Assembly: GCA_951406725.2 (NCBI GenBank)
Contig: OX597838.1
Coordinates: 21,018,001-21,082,000, forward strand
DNA length: 64,000 nucleotides
Direction: 5' to 3'
DNA from: Octopus vulgaris
Lineage: Eukaryota
The position numbers and the translations under genes are program-made. How positions within the stretch are numbered: the stretch's first letter is position 1; each line of letters starts with the position of its first letter. Positions 13,083 to 25,979 of the stretch are shown in pieces. The notes below the pieces were generated by a model. The model worked only from the letters and a program-made list of their open reading frames with translations, did not search any database and had not been told where the DNA came from.

Positions 13083-13465
13083 AGGAGTGGCTGTATGGTA
13101 AGTAGCTTGCTTACCAACCACATGGTTCTGAGTTCAGTCCCACTGCATGACACCTTGGGCAAGTATCTTCTACTATAGCCTCGGGCCGACCAAAGCCTTG
13201 TGAGTGGATTTGGCAGACAGAAACTGAAAGAAGCCTGTTGTATATATGTATATATATATATATATAAGTGTGTGTCTGTGTTTGTCTCCCCAACATCGCT
13301 TGATAACCAATGATGGTGTGTTTACGTCCCCGTAACTTCGCAGTTCAGCAAAAGAGACCGATAGAATAAGTACTAGACTTACAAAGAATGAGTCAATTTG
13401 CTCGACTACAGGCAGTGCTCCAGCATGGCGACAATCAAATGACTGAAATGAGTAAAAGAGTGAGA
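13083..13465 (+). mobile_element. CORE-like SINE with internal microsatellite and CR1-like 3' tail (representative copy)
   Basis: Head aggagtggctgt..ggtaagtagcttgc, ccttgggcaagt core, TA/TG tract, and tail gtgctccagcatgg...aaatgactgaaa(gtaaaaga)n. Other copies near 4380, 5864, 22958, 27497, 37615(-), 45266, 55113, 56997, 59215(-), 59590(-) and 63270(-). Confidence 0.88.
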
Positions 13466-13489
13466 GTATATATAATGTGTGTGTGTATT

Positions 13490-13555
13490 TGTATGTATGT
13501 ATATATAAATATATATATATAAATAAATATATATATATATTTATATATATATATT

Positions 13556-13652
<97 letters not shown>

Positions 13653-13680
13653 GTACACACAAACACACATTGTATATATA
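13490..13680. repeat. (TA)n microsatellite
   Basis: Direct inspection. Confidence 0.95.
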
Positions 13681-14312
13681 TGACTGAAACCTTTGGCCTG
13701 ATGTCGTGCGTGAGAAGAGGACCCACATCAAACCAAGCAAAATTGCAGTTGTTGTAGGTATTGGTGTCACGCAAATGGCATGTAAAACCATCCATTACAC
13801 TCTCAGAGTGGTTGGCGTTAGGAAGGGCATCCAGTCGTAGAAAACCGTGCCAAATCAGACCGGAGTCTGGCGCGGTCTTCCAGCTTACCAGCCCTGGTTA
13901 AACCTTCCAAGCCAGCATGGACAACAGATGGTAAGTGATGATGATGACATGAGTAAGCACATAAATACAAAACAAGGTGGGAAAAATAGTACTTGAATCC
14001 CAAAGCCAGAGTAAAATGCTTTTTATTAAAGCTGCAAAAGCATCACAAAAAACAGTTTTGTTCAGCCATTTCGAGCAAGGCCTCATCTTCCGCAAAAGAA
14101 GATCTCTTTACCTTCTAGATTGATCACTTTTATCACAGCTGAGGAGTTCGGCCTAGCCTTACAAAAATCAATTTAACCTACAGATGGGACCCTGACAAGT
14201 ATTACCATTCTGTTACAGAACTGATCTGGGAGTAATGGTAATTAAGGGGTCACTCTTTGTTCCCCACAACTCGAACATATGAACTGGTGCCTCTCAACCG
14301 GACGCTGTTTAA

Positions 14313-15378
14313 CCCTTTCATAACTATATTTCTGACCAAAATACACCCCTTATGTGTTTCAATTAATTTCTAACGTAATCATAAATTTAGTCTGGTTTCA
14401 TTAAACAACTATAACTTTTTTATTTATCGATATATTAATCTGATTTTTGGAAGATAATTTAATGAAATATTCTCAACCAATTCTATACTATAATTTTTGT
14501 CACAAAGTGACTCTAATTGCAGGTAGATACAGGTAAATTCAACAAAATATAAAATTATTAAAATTTTGTTCAAACATCGCTATAGAAAATGGGTTATTAG
14601 CTAATATTCAATTGGGTATACAACAAAATTTTACGATAGAATTTGTTATTCTGGGTAACTTTCTGATACCCATAATAATATTTATGGCAAAATAGGCCTT
14701 AATTTCATTTAAGGTTGTGGGAAACCACTAACTATCGTTTCTTTCACTTTGTTTACGTTTAGCGTAACAGTTCGTTTCCGCTGTAATGATTTCAAATGGG
14801 CTCATTCGAAAAAGTAAAAAGAAATAGTCTAAGGCTTTACTCTTCTGGGAAAGTCTGTGGCTTGGTCCAGTTTCTTCAGAAAAATCACCGAAAGAAACTG
14901 TTTTTAAATTTTCACTCCATTTAGGTGCCAATTCATTTTCTTTATCGCTGTAGGAGCTCTCAGATTCACTGTTTTCACTTTCGGAAAACGAAACATCAGA
15001 TTCATTATCAAATACCACATGCTTTTTTTTTTCAGTCATAGAGTTAGATTTATGAAGGTCTTCAGTAGAAAATCCTTCGAATTCTGACTCGCTGCTTGAT
15101 ATAATGAAATTCATATCCAGAATTACAAATTTTGAAAACACAATAGGAACAAATTTCGGAAAAACATCTCCCAAAATTCACGGAATTAAAATTACACTTC
15201 GATTATTGTACAAAACTGTAGTTGAACTGTTTACGAAGTATAATACGTATTTTCACGAATGTACTAAAGAGATTTGCTCTGATATTCTCATTTAAATATG
15301 AATAGGTGCTTTGGGCGGTTTGGTCACATTAACCAAAATTTTTTTCGGGCGGCTTTGGGCGGTTTGGTAACGAAAGGG
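14313..15378 (-). mobile_element. Internally deleted piggyBac-like transposon
   Basis: TTAA on both sides (14309-12, 15379-82), CCCTTTC...GAAAGGG termini. ORF 14728-15174 encodes a piggyBac transposase N-terminus (acidic tract, GP...LDYFFLLF...ETNCYA). Confidence 0.88.
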
Positions 15379-16058
15379 TTAATGACATACCCAGGACACT
15401 CCAAACACTTAATTTAATAACAAAAAAGAAAAAAAACTTTTAATTAAAAGCATTACTTGTGTTGATGACATCTTTCAGCTCTAATTAAGTCTTCTCTAAA
15501 TGAGATTCACTTGGAATTAATTTAAATGTTGCAATGAATTCTTTGAAACCTATTAAGTTTTATTTGTAACTCTCAGGAGGAAAAAAAAAAACTTGTTTAT
15601 TGCTTTAGATTTCATTGGTTGTGTTCCCCTTTTATCCCCTTTCCTCCCTTGGGGAAACAAATTGATGGATCCTATTAAGTTTGATGTGTAGCTCCTGGGG
15701 TGAGGAAGAAATTATATTAATCCTACTTCTCAACTCAGAAATAAGAAGCACATGTTGTCGTTGAAATGCCAGTTGTTTGGCTTTCATGACGAAATCAACT
15801 CTCTTCTTTCACTGATATCTGCCAGGGCATACGTACATACATACATACATACATACATACATACATGTAAACCTACACGAATAGATGGGGAGATACACAC
15901 ATTCATAAACACATGCAAACACACGTGTCTACATCATAATACATACATATATACATGTGTGTATGTTATTATATACACATTCACAAAAACATATATGCAT
16001 ACACACACAGTATACATGCATACATCTCTCTCTATATATATGTATATATATCTATATC

Positions 16059-16105
<47 letters not shown>

Positions 16106-16769
16106 AATGATTTAGACCATTAAGTATAAATCAATTAGTGTGTTTGAATGTTGAGTAGAGCACCGACAGTTAGGCTACCTGTTGCCATCTGCAGCCATGG
16201 TACACTTCTGTTGGCTCTACTTCAGGAATTCTGCAGTGGCTGTTAAGGTAATGTTAATTAATAGATGGATTTGGTATCTATGTATGTATATGGATATATA
16301 TATATTTTTTTTCATATACATACATAGATACCAAAACGTCCCCCCCAAGTCCAATGGACGGTGCTGAGTTGTCAAACATTTAAACTAGATTTTCTCAAAA
16401 CAACTTGCCCAACCGTCCCATAGGCCTCCCCTTTCAGAAATACTAATTAAACCTAAATTTGAGAGACCAGCAAAAAAAGAAATAAAGATAGACTTTTTTC
16501 TTTTTCAAAGAATGCTTTATCAATCGCATTCTCACCTGGAATCGATGTTCCATGCTGGAATGTGTTGGACAAGTACCAAGTGAAATGGTTCTGGATAGCA
16601 AGAAATAAAAAAAAAAACGGTATCAAAATGCAGGAGCTGCATTGAGAGATGGCAGTGGAGGTGGGTTGAAGGAGGAGATTGGTTGAGATGATCATTTGTG
16701 CAAATATAACACACACAGTACTTCCAGAACTCAGTTTTGCCATAGTGGGCAGATCTTCTCTGGGACCCT

Positions 16770-17665
16770 GTATTGCCAGATGTCCTGGTCCTTGATCATC
16801 TTTCCTGTGAGGCCCAGGGTCCTCAGATCAGCCTTCGTTACTTTATCCCACCTCTCGTTTTGTTTCCATCTTCCACAAACGCCATTCACATTGATTGGCG
16901 CCTATTTCCTATTGCTTCTTCCATTGCTCTCTGCATCCATACGCATCAAAAATCCAAACCGATGCAGTCTTCTTTCTTGCATGCTGACATTGGTTCCTTT
17001 TATCCCCTGTTTCCCTCGCAGCATATTTATACTATGTTGTTCATGCACATTTACATTGCATATCCAATGGAGCATGCACACTTCATTTCTTTCCAGTCCT
17101 CTCAGGTACTCCATGTCCAAGGTCCATATCACTTTATCATGCAGCATTGCAGTTCTAACACAAGCCTCATGCAATCTGCCCTTCACTCTGTAGGGGGGAA
17201 AAAGCCTTTGTTTCCAACAGTGATTGTAGGAGTAACCACTTCTCTTGTTGATGACATCTCCATGGTAGTAACAGCTATCAACTACTTGTAGTTAACCATC
17301 CAAGAAATTCAGGGGGCCAAGTGTGTTTGTAGAACATACTGCTCCAGTAGATCTGTGACATACAAAGTTTATGTTCTCCGTTAGTCCCCCTGTGATTCCA
17401 CTACATCTCTGGTGCATCCATAGCATATATTGGGCACAGTATATGGAATTTGATTCTACTCCTTTTCTCCATACTGAGCAAGGCTATTTCCCTGAAGGTA
17501 TCAGGGTCTTGTCCTCTTTCCTACTAATAAAACCTCTGTCTTTACTAAGTTTACCTGATAATTCTAGGTTTAGCTTTCATGCTTGGAATTTCTTCTTTAA
17601 TTTCCTTGTAGATTCAGCTAAAAAAAACTAGCTCATTAGCATAGAAGAATTCCCATGGATATCCT
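16770..17665 (-). mobile_element. Decayed RTE-clade LINE fragment (same family as 10400-12070)
   Basis: KGRLHEACVRTAMLH...LERNEVCMLHWICNV. Near-identical stretch shared with 11850-12050. Confidence 0.8.
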
Positions 17666-17952
17666 AGCCATTAAACATCTAATGGTTAGGAGGGTCCACC
17701 CATGTAAAATAGGAATCATGAGGGTCCATAGGTAAAAAAATGGTCGGGAACCACTGATCTATGCTATCATTATGTTCTTGCTATTTTGTATTGTTGAGTT
17801 TCCACATTTTTTTACATTCCTTACAGCTTAGCTTATAGCCTTACTTGTGTGTGTGTTTAAATTACATGGTCTCTTGTCAACATCTGTGTTAATAATAATA
17901 ATAATAATGTTAATATGGATTTATTTCTATAATAGTAATAATGAGTGTAGTG

Positions 17953-18004
<52 letters not shown>

Positions 18005-18792
18005 TCCAGAATCATGCCGGACGTGGAGGAAGAGAGAAATAGTAATTCAGTGAAGGAGAAGTAGTGAGAGTAAAAGCCCTGACTGGGAGAGAGTGAGGGA
18101 AAGTAATAGCAATGAGAGAAAGGAAGGGGTGATAGATGAATAAGGAAGGAAGGTGTGAAAAAAATCAGCATTTCAACTGTGTGTGAGTATATGTATGTGT
18201 GTGTGTGCATGTGTGTACAAGAGAAGTATGTGAATGTTTGTATGCGTAATTATTATGTACCTTATTTTGTACTACAATTAGCTGTCATTATTGATGGCAT
18301 GTGGTCAGCTAGTTTCTATAATAATAAGGATGATGATGATGATGATGGTCACTCCTGTTGACTTTCAATGTATGAGTGTTTGAAAATGAGGGTTTAAAAA
18401 AAAAGAAAAAGAAACTTTAAATATAAAAGAAGCTGCATGTATTTGTGATGGATGTGTGAATGTAATTTGAGTCCAGGGATGGATTTTGCTATGTAATCAC
18501 AATGGGGACACTGGTGGTTTTGACTTTTGCCTGGAATTGGGCAAAAAATGTGTCTGTTGATTGCGGGATATAATTCTTTTATTGCTCTTCATCTTCAACT
18601 CAAATAGTTTTGATGTATCATCATCATCCCATTTTGCATCTTACACATCAATCTAGGCAACAACTTCACCATGGTGTCCAATTAAACCATAAGTATTTTA
18701 ATGATTGCTTCAACTTGTCCTTATACCTAATAATAATAATAATAATGGTTGCTGGTTACTACTATTAATTGTGGTTGTTGTTGTTGTTACAG

Positions 18793-19028
18793 ATCTTGAC
18801 CTGGACAGCTCTGAAGACTCCTCTACAGAAACTGAAGACACGGAAGATGCCAAGTCAACAACTTCCTGGGAAGACATGAGCAAGCTCGACCCAAACATGT
18901 TATTATACAAGGCAGCACAAGCCCGTAACCTTCCAGTAATGGTCGAAGCTTTAGCACATGGTGGAAATTCAAATTGGATCAACGAAGAAGATGAAGGGAA
19001 GACACCACTTATGAAGTCAGTGGAAACG
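18793..19028 (+). CDS. ACAP2: ACAP exon: acidic linker and first ankyrin region
   Basis: gttacag|at...acg|gtatgg. Reads DLDLDSSEDSS...LDPNMLLYKAAQARNLPVMVEALAHGGNSNWINEEDEGKTPLMKSVET. Confidence 0.95.
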
Positions 19029-19288
19029 GTATGGGGATATCTTGCTTATTGGATTTCGTCCCAAGTCTCTTTTGCCATCGCAGTTGTTTGTGTACGTGAG
19101 TGAATGAGAGAGTAGGCTTAATCTTCTGGCAATAGAGCGGGTGGACTTAGGCACCCAGGTGTTGTCAGATAATTGTGGTTTAACTGTATGGCTACTTCGT
19201 CCTTGGGTGCTGCTTCATTTATTTTATGTCAGTCTTTTTGCATGCTAACATGGGCATAGATGAATGCATATTACAAAGCTTCTATTTT

Positions 19289-19825
19289 ATTACCTCCACC
19301 TTAGCGAAGGTGGAGGTATTGTTTTCAGTCGTGTTTGTTTGTCTGTGGACAAGATATCTCAAGAACTGCTGGATGGATTTGGATGAAACTTTCAAGAATG
19401 TTTGGCCTTGTAGCTGGCACAAATTGATTAGATTTTGGGATTGATCCAGTACTGAATAAGGATTCTGGATTATTTCTTATATTTACTTTACTTTACATGA
19501 TTATGATCTTATGTTAACTTTCAAGTCTTTCTCAGTTTTCTTCCTGTAACTAGGCTGTAACTATTTTGAAAGGTGAATTTATTAACTTTGGCTTGTATTA
19601 GATAAGGATAAACTATTTATTACTGTTACTAAATTTTCTACAGCCACTTTCACATTCCATGGCGATCATTGGGATCAACCCGATACCGGACAGGGATTCT
19701 GGATTATTCTTCCTGTTTTTTTACTTCGTTTTTAGTATTCTCATTTGTGAGAGCAGTCGAGTTTATTTCAGATATTCTCATTTTAAAAATCATCTCTGGC
19801 TAATCGTTGAGAGGATGTTGGTGAT
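19289..19825 (+). mobile_element. Helentron-associated non-autonomous element (HINE/DINE-like), truncated
   Basis: Subterminal hairpin acctccacct-tagcg-aaggtggaggt, then a gtttgtttgtctgt microsatellite and a ggatggatttggatgaaact core, as typical of this class. Confidence 0.55.
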
Positions 19826-20062
19826 GTGATAAGCCAGGTAGAATCTTTTGCACGTCAGGCAAAATGCTTGGCAGCATTTTGTCTGTCCTTACGTTCTGAG
19901 TTCAAATTCTGCCACGGTTAACTTTGCTTTTCACATTTTTGAAGTTGATAAAATAAATGCCAGTTGAGTTCCACGGTTGACGTAATTGACTTCGCTGAAC
20001 TTGCTGGCCTTGTTCTAAGATTTGAATCCAATATGTTTAATTTCAATAATTTTGTGTTTCAG

Positions 20063-20172
20063 GGTTCTTTAGCTGCCTGCGAGTTTCTCCTGCTCAACGG
20101 TGCTAAGTTGGATCGACGGGACCAGAAGGGAAGAACTCCCTTACATCACGCTACGATACATGGCTACACTGG
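20063..20172 (+). CDS. ACAP2: ACAP exon: ankyrin repeat
   Basis: tgtttcag|...gg|gtaagt. Reads GSLAACEFLLLNGAKLDRRDQKGRTPLHHATIHGYTG. Confidence 0.96.
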
Positions 20173-20245
20173 GTAAGTGGAAGTGACCAAATTGTTTGGT
20201 CAGTACAGATGATACAGTACACAATTGATTGTGAGGTTTGAGTGA

Positions 20246-20506
20246 CTAAAATATGGTCAGCTAGACATGCATAATCTGAATGAGATAATATCAACAAAGT
20301 TGAGTGTGTGATTGTGATAGGATCCAGTTAAAACTAGGATCTAAATCAGATAGGAGTCAACTCAGCTAATGTCCTAAAATATGGTCAGCTGGACATGCAT
20401 AATCTGAATGAGATAATATCAACAAAGTTGATGTGAGTATGTGATTGTGATAGGATTCAGTTAAAACTCGGATCTAAATCAGATAGGAGTCAACTCAGCT
20501 AATGTC
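20246..20506. repeat. Tandem duplication, 2 x ~130 bp
   Basis: ctaaaatatggtcagct...ctcagctaatgtc begins at 20246 and 20374. Confidence 0.9.
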
Positions 20507-21128
20507 TCTGATTAACGATCTGATACGAGATGGTGTTTTTGTCTAATTGAAAACATCATAATTAGTAGATAAATAAGGTGGCAAGCTGGCAGAATCGTTA
20601 GCATGCCAGGCAAAATGCTAAGCAGCATTTCGTCCATCTTTATGTTCTGAGTTCAAATTCTGCTGAGGTTGACTTTGCCTCTCATCCCTTTGGGGTTGAT
20701 AAAATAAGCACCAGTTGTGTATTGGGGTCGATGTAATTGGCTTATCTCTTTCTTTGAAATTGTGCTAGAATTTGAAACCATTATTAGTAGATGAAGAACA
20801 TATTTGTTATGCTCAGTAGAAGCAGTATTAATTTAAAATAGCCATCTGTGTATCATATTTAATGTAATCACATCATTGAAAGGCAAGTGACCACAGTATT
20901 CATCCAGACCTAACATCTCTTATAGATTCAGAGGAAGATGAAAACCACTCCCACTAGCCACCGCTGAGATAATTTTTGTTTCCTTCTGATATAAATTATA
21001 TTTTTAAACGCAGCATGTCCATAAGAGATGTTATCTCTGAATAAATATTGCAGTAACTTGCCTGTCAATGATGTATTTCTTGTGTTTTTATCTCAGTAAA
21101 TAACTGATATTTGTGTTGTATCTTGCAG

Positions 21129-21189
21129 GCAAGTATGCCAGTTTTTGAAACGTGGTGCAGATCGACATGCCAAAGATAATGAAGGCAAG
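21129..21189 (+). CDS. ACAP2: ACAP exon: ankyrin repeat
   Basis: tcttgcag|g...aag|gtgagt. Reads QVCQFLKRGADRHAKDNEGK. Phase 2-0. Confidence 0.93.
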
Positions 21190-22254
21190 GTGAGTCTGTT
21201 ATTACTTATCTATTTGACATCATCAATGTTAACGATATTTTACTTCTACCAAAGTATTTGAGTGGTCAGCTCTTTGTTGACTTCATCAGTAATCGAGTGA
21301 ATTGTATTCATGTTGGTGCTGTGATTTCTGCCATAGATTTGATTGGTCAGTTTTTGTTTGCTGACATCACCAGTCTCTAAGTCCTGTTTAATGTCTTTAC
21401 ATTCAAACACAGTGATCTGATTTGATTTCTAAGCAGTGAGTTGGTGTTTGAAACTCTGCCAGATATTCCCTCAACAGATTAAATTAGTTTGAAGTATCAT
21501 TATCTTATAAACAATAGCTGATTTCAGATATTAAATTTTTCTAATTTGAATCTTCAAATTGATAAAACTAAATGTAGAGGCTTCTTCAAAGAAGATAAAT
21601 GAAGCAAGCATTATTTGCCAAATGTGTAATGTCAGTGTGCATGAATGACAAAGTACAGATGAGTTGAGAAAATAATTTGGTAACAGAGAAATATGTGTAA
21701 GGGGGAAGACTCTGCTGGTACTGATACATGACACCTGAAGTGCCTAATGGTTTAAATGGAATGGGGGAACCTGCAGAAGGGAAAAACTGAGGAAAAAGTG
21801 GTATAGTGTGATCCTTTTGGGTGCTGGACCTTATAAAGATTATCATCATAGCCATGTCAGTTTGGTAAAACAGGTGATGTTGATAATGACTAGAATGAGG
21901 AAAGAAGAGATGTTTGCATAAACTTCGCTATAATGATGGCAAACTGGCAGAAATGTTAGCAAGCTGGGCGAAATGCTTAGCGGTATTTCATCTGCCTTTA
22001 CGTTCTGAGTTCAAATTCCACCGAGGTTGACTTTGCCTTTCGTCCTTTCGGGGTCGATAAATTAAGTACCAGTTACGCACTGGGGTCGATGTGATCGACT
22101 TAATCCCTTTGTTCCTTGTTTCTCCCCTCTATGTTTAGCCCCTTGTGGGCAATAAAGAAATAATTAACTTAGCTATAATCTGTTATGGTTTGGTTGAAAT
22201 CTTGTTTGTACCATTCTCTTTGTTTAAGATGTTGTTGTTGTTGTTGTTTTACAG

Positions 22255-22304
22255 GATGCTGAAACAATTGCTATCGAAGCCACCAATGCCGACATAGTCA
22301 CACT
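22255..22304 (+). CDS. ACAP2: ACAP exon: last ankyrin helix
   Basis: ttttacag|gat...ct|gtacgt. Reads DAETIAIEATNADIVTL (ACAP NADIVTLLR motif). Confidence 0.92.
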
Positions 22305-22466
22305 GTACGTATAAAAGCCTCAAATTAGATTTTAACATTTTTAAAATTGTTTTTGTTGTTTTTTTGCTATGATTGAACTGTTCTCGTTATTGCAATGCAT
22401 CGTCTTTTGATCTTGGGCAATTTACTTCACTTTGCTTTCACACTGGTTGTGATAAAAGACTGTTAA

Positions 22467-22699
22467 CCCTTTTGTTACCAACCCGGCTGAAACCGTCTCT
22501 GGCTCTGTAGCATAAAACAAGCTCTGTAGTCTTGTTTTCATAAGTTCTGAATTAAAATCTTCCACCAAACCTTAGTCACAATTTAGGTTCCTAACACAAG
22601 CTTAATAATAACTAAGTTATTTTACTAAATTCTTTGTTATTTTTAAAATCAATTAACTGAAACACAGAGCATCACAAAATAAATACGGTTGCAAAAGGG
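22467..22699. mobile_element. piggyBac-type MITE
   Basis: TTAA|CCCTTTTG...CAAAAGGG|TTAA. Confidence 0.8.
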
Positions 22700-23124
22700 T
22701 TAACTAATTTCTTCAGACTCATTTAGTTCTTCTGAATTACCATATTTGAACATGTATATGGAATCCCATAATTTTGGGGCTTAAAATTTGGAAAATCGGT
22801 TTTGTAAGGGATTATAATACTGTCCATGTATAAGAAACTCCCATATTTTTTTAACCTAATTTTTGACAAAAAAGGGTTCCTTATACACGTTAGAATATGG
22901 TAATTAGGGCTAAAACTGATTTTTTGATGGAACTCTTGAAGGGTTTGTCTTTAGGTACAGGCATGGCTATGTGGTAAGAAGCTTGCTTACCAACCACATG
23001 ATTTTGAGTTCAGTCCCACAGCATAGCACCTTGGGCAAGTGTTTTCTACTAGTGCATCGGGCTGACCAAAACCTTTTGAGTGAGTGGATTTAGTAGATGA
23101 AAGCTGAAAGAAGCCTGTCGTATA

Positions 23125-23300
23125 TATTGGATTGGTGCATAATTATTGCGGCTTTTTTTCAACAAATCTTGTTCAACAAAAGCAATAAGAATATTTAACA
23201 AAAACATCTTTAAATGACGGTCTGACCATCTGCCAAGCAAATGGGAAGCAGTAATTAAAGTAGAAGGTGAATATGCTCCGGAATAATAATTTAAAGATGT
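23125..23300. mobile_element. Short mariner-derived fragment inside a SINE's TA tract
   Basis: tattggattggtgcataattattgcg TIR-like start and a LPSKWEAVIKVEGEY-like mariner C-terminus. Confidence 0.55.
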
Positions 23301-24112
23301 TTTTTGTTACGTGACTGTAAGGCAGGATATGATATGCTGCCTTTTGGAAACTACATTATCCATTATAACTTTTTTTCTTTTTGTCGCATGATGTGTTTCG
23401 AGGGAGATGTGGTTGCTATTTCGAGTATATGAAACGACCACGTAGCGGTCACCTCATTGACTACAATTTTTTCCACTTGTGGTCTTTTTTTTCTTTTTCC
23501 TTATCTGAATCATTGACTGCACGATTAGCAGTCCCAAACCTGGCTGGATAAGGGAGATAACTCTCATGTAAAGACGCATACATTGTGTGTAATTTTTTAA
23601 AAATCACACGCAGACGCGCATGTACATATGTGCATGCCTAGATATATTTATATATATACACATACACACACAGATATATACATAGACAAACATGGGCACA
23701 CACGTATATACATGTAACCATGCACACGCACACACAAATATATAGAGAGATAGAAATATTTATGGAAGGGCAGTATAATGTAAATTATTTGATTAAACAA
23801 TTAAATCAACCATAACTTTTTTTAAAAAAGCAACAACTGAAAATAAAAGCTACAGACATCATAAATACTGTCTGTAAAAGCAAAAGCCTTTGTTTAAATG
23901 GACCTCTTATTATTCTTCTGTGCGCACTGAACAAACTACTACGGCCTTGATTTACTTAACAGTCCACACTTCAGTATGTTCCATAATTTACTATACTGGA
24001 TCACCATTCACATACTTCTCTATGCAGGTTTCTCTTGGTTTACTGTGTTTGTGTCTGCAAATTTTTTTTTTTCGTGTCTGTGTGTATACATACATGTGAG
24101 AGTATAGCTGTA

Positions 24113-24146
<34 letters not shown>

Positions 24147-24516
24147 ATGTCTGTATATATTTATATATGTGTGTTTGTGTGTATGTATATATTTATATGT
24201 GTGTGTGTGTGTGTGTATGTATGTATTTATATATATATGTGTGTGTGTGTGTCTGTATATATTTATATATATTTAGGTAAGCTGAGTTAGCGGTTGGTAT
24301 AACTGTCTAAGGGATAAGAATGTCCGTTCTTACTACCAGTACAAAATGTTATGTAATGTTATGTTTTGTATTGTTTGTTTGTTTGTTGATCTAAAGTTCT
24401 TACCATTTTCTGCTTTTATATATATATATATATATAAAATTAATAAAAAATAAAAAAGAGATCTCAGAAAGAAGCATACCCTAAAAAATAGTGCAGTAGT
24501 TATTACAAGAAAATTT

Positions 24517-24586
24517 TATATAGAGTTACTGAAGGTTTCGCACCAACAAAGCCAAAGCCTTGTAGATAGCTCGTCAGATTCTATAT
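24517..24586 (-). ncRNA. Type I hammerhead ribozyme motif (Penelope-like element type), intact core
   Basis: Minus strand: AUAUAGAAU-CUGACGA-[stem II GCUAUCUACAAGGC...GCUUUGUUGGUGC]-GAAA-C-CUUCA-GUA-ACUCUAUAU. Stem I has 8/9 pairs; stem III is minimal. Confidence 0.75.
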
Positions 24587-24748
24587 GTTTACAAAATTAA
24601 AAATATCTGTCACAGACGTGAGGAAACATTCGGAACTCGAGGAATACGAAAATATGTATTCATTAATGGGTTTTGTTTTTTTTTGTATTCCTCGAGTTCT
24701 GAGTGTTTCCTCACATCTGTGATGTAGATATTTAAAACTTTTGCATTC

Positions 24749-24817
24749 ATATAGAGTCTGACGAGCTGTCCACAAGGTTTTAGGTTTGTGGGTGCAAAAT
24801 GTTGGGTAACTCTATAT
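24749..24817 (+). ncRNA. Hammerhead ribozyme motif, second (inverted) copy with decayed core
   Basis: AUAUAGAGU-CUGACGA-[stem II]-AAAA-UGUUGG-GUA-ACUCUAUAU. Perfect 9-bp stem I, but GAAAC has become AAAAU. Confidence 0.65.
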
Positions 24818-24994
24818 AAAATTTTGTTGTAATCATATACTTACATACACACACACCACACACACATACATAATTTGTGTACTTTGTTGTTTATTCATGT
24901 TTTCCTGTTTGCTTATACTTTGGTATGTAGATATATTGTTGCCGTATATGAATATTCGAGGGATAAATATTGTGTGTGCAGACACACACACACA

Positions 24995-25740
24995 CGAGGG
25001 TCATCTGAAATGTTCATAGGCTGACCAAGATATTCGCATGGAATGTAACCAAATGAGGTTTATTTTCCAACATAGCCCCCACCCCTTGCAGTCCACACAC
25101 TTCTTCCATTGGAGTTGCAGTGCTCCAATTCTCTTGGTGAAGAAGCCTTCAACCTGTCACTCAAAAATTTAATTAACAGATGTGACATCATCATCATTGC
25201 AATACTCGTTTCCAGTAAAGTGTATTTCTTTTCATGTTGCAGAACTGATTATAGTCAAATCAAGAGAATAGAGATGGTGATCAACCTGTTCAAAGCCCCA
25301 ATCACACTCGGGAGCCATCGAAACAAAAGACTTGTGTGCTGGAGCATTGTCCTGACGAAACAAGACCCCTTTCGTCAGTTTTCCTGGGTGTTTGGTCCTG
25401 ATTGCTTTTTGTAACTGCCTCAGCAAATTGGTATAGTACTCCCCATTGATGGTGTGGCCCTTTTGAAGATAGTCAATAGACACAGTGCTTTTTGCATCCC
25501 AAAAAACAAGCCGTCACCTTCCCTGCAGATGAAACAACCTGTGGCCTTCTTTGGAGCAGGTGAAGCAGGGTGCTTCCACTACATGGACTGTCTCTTTGTC
25601 TCTGGCTCAAAGTGATGAAGCCAATACTCATTCTGGGTTTGGACCCATTCAAGGTAACCAGCTGGATCTGCCTCAAATAATGTCAGATTTTCCCCATTAC
25701 GTGGTCAACCAGATCAGCCAGGACCAATCTTATTCCTAGT
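24995..25740 (-). mobile_element. Mariner transposon remnant
   Basis: IDYLQKGHTINGEYYTNLL...QDNAPAHKS...YSLDL (YSPDL-like) peptides with frameshifts. A cgagggtc.. terminus lies near 24995. Confidence 0.85.
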
Positions 25741-25938
25741 AGAATCTATGTGGGTTACTTACTTCTAAACTTAGATATCCACATGATTTCTATAAGCCCC
25801 TAAATACACTTCTGATAAACTTCCCTGTTACTAAGAGGCAAACCTTCTCTCGAATCGTCATTATCATCATCGTTGTCATTGTTGTCGTTGTTGGTGAAGT
25901 TGTTATTGTTTCGATAATATTTTGTTTTTAAATTTCAG

Positions 25939-25979
25939 ATTGAGATTAGCCCGATTGAACGAAGAAATGAGTACGGACG
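25939..25979 (+). CDS. ACAP2: ACAP small exon (41 nt)
   Basis: aatttcag|a...g|gtatgt. Reads LRLARLNEEMSTD, continuing NADIVTL-LRLA. Phase 2-1. Confidence 0.9.

Larger units (their letters stand above)
24502..24833. mobile_element. Inverted repeat (~150-bp arms), probable Penelope-like element terminal repeats
   Basis: 24502-24652 is the approximate reverse complement of 24680-24833. Each arm carries a hammerhead motif. Confidence 0.7.

Noticed and set aside
16195-16247. Possible extra ACAP exon ending ttaag|gtaatg
   Set aside because: None of the nearby acceptors gives the phase 1-1 needed between 8510 and 18793, and there is no recognisable homology.
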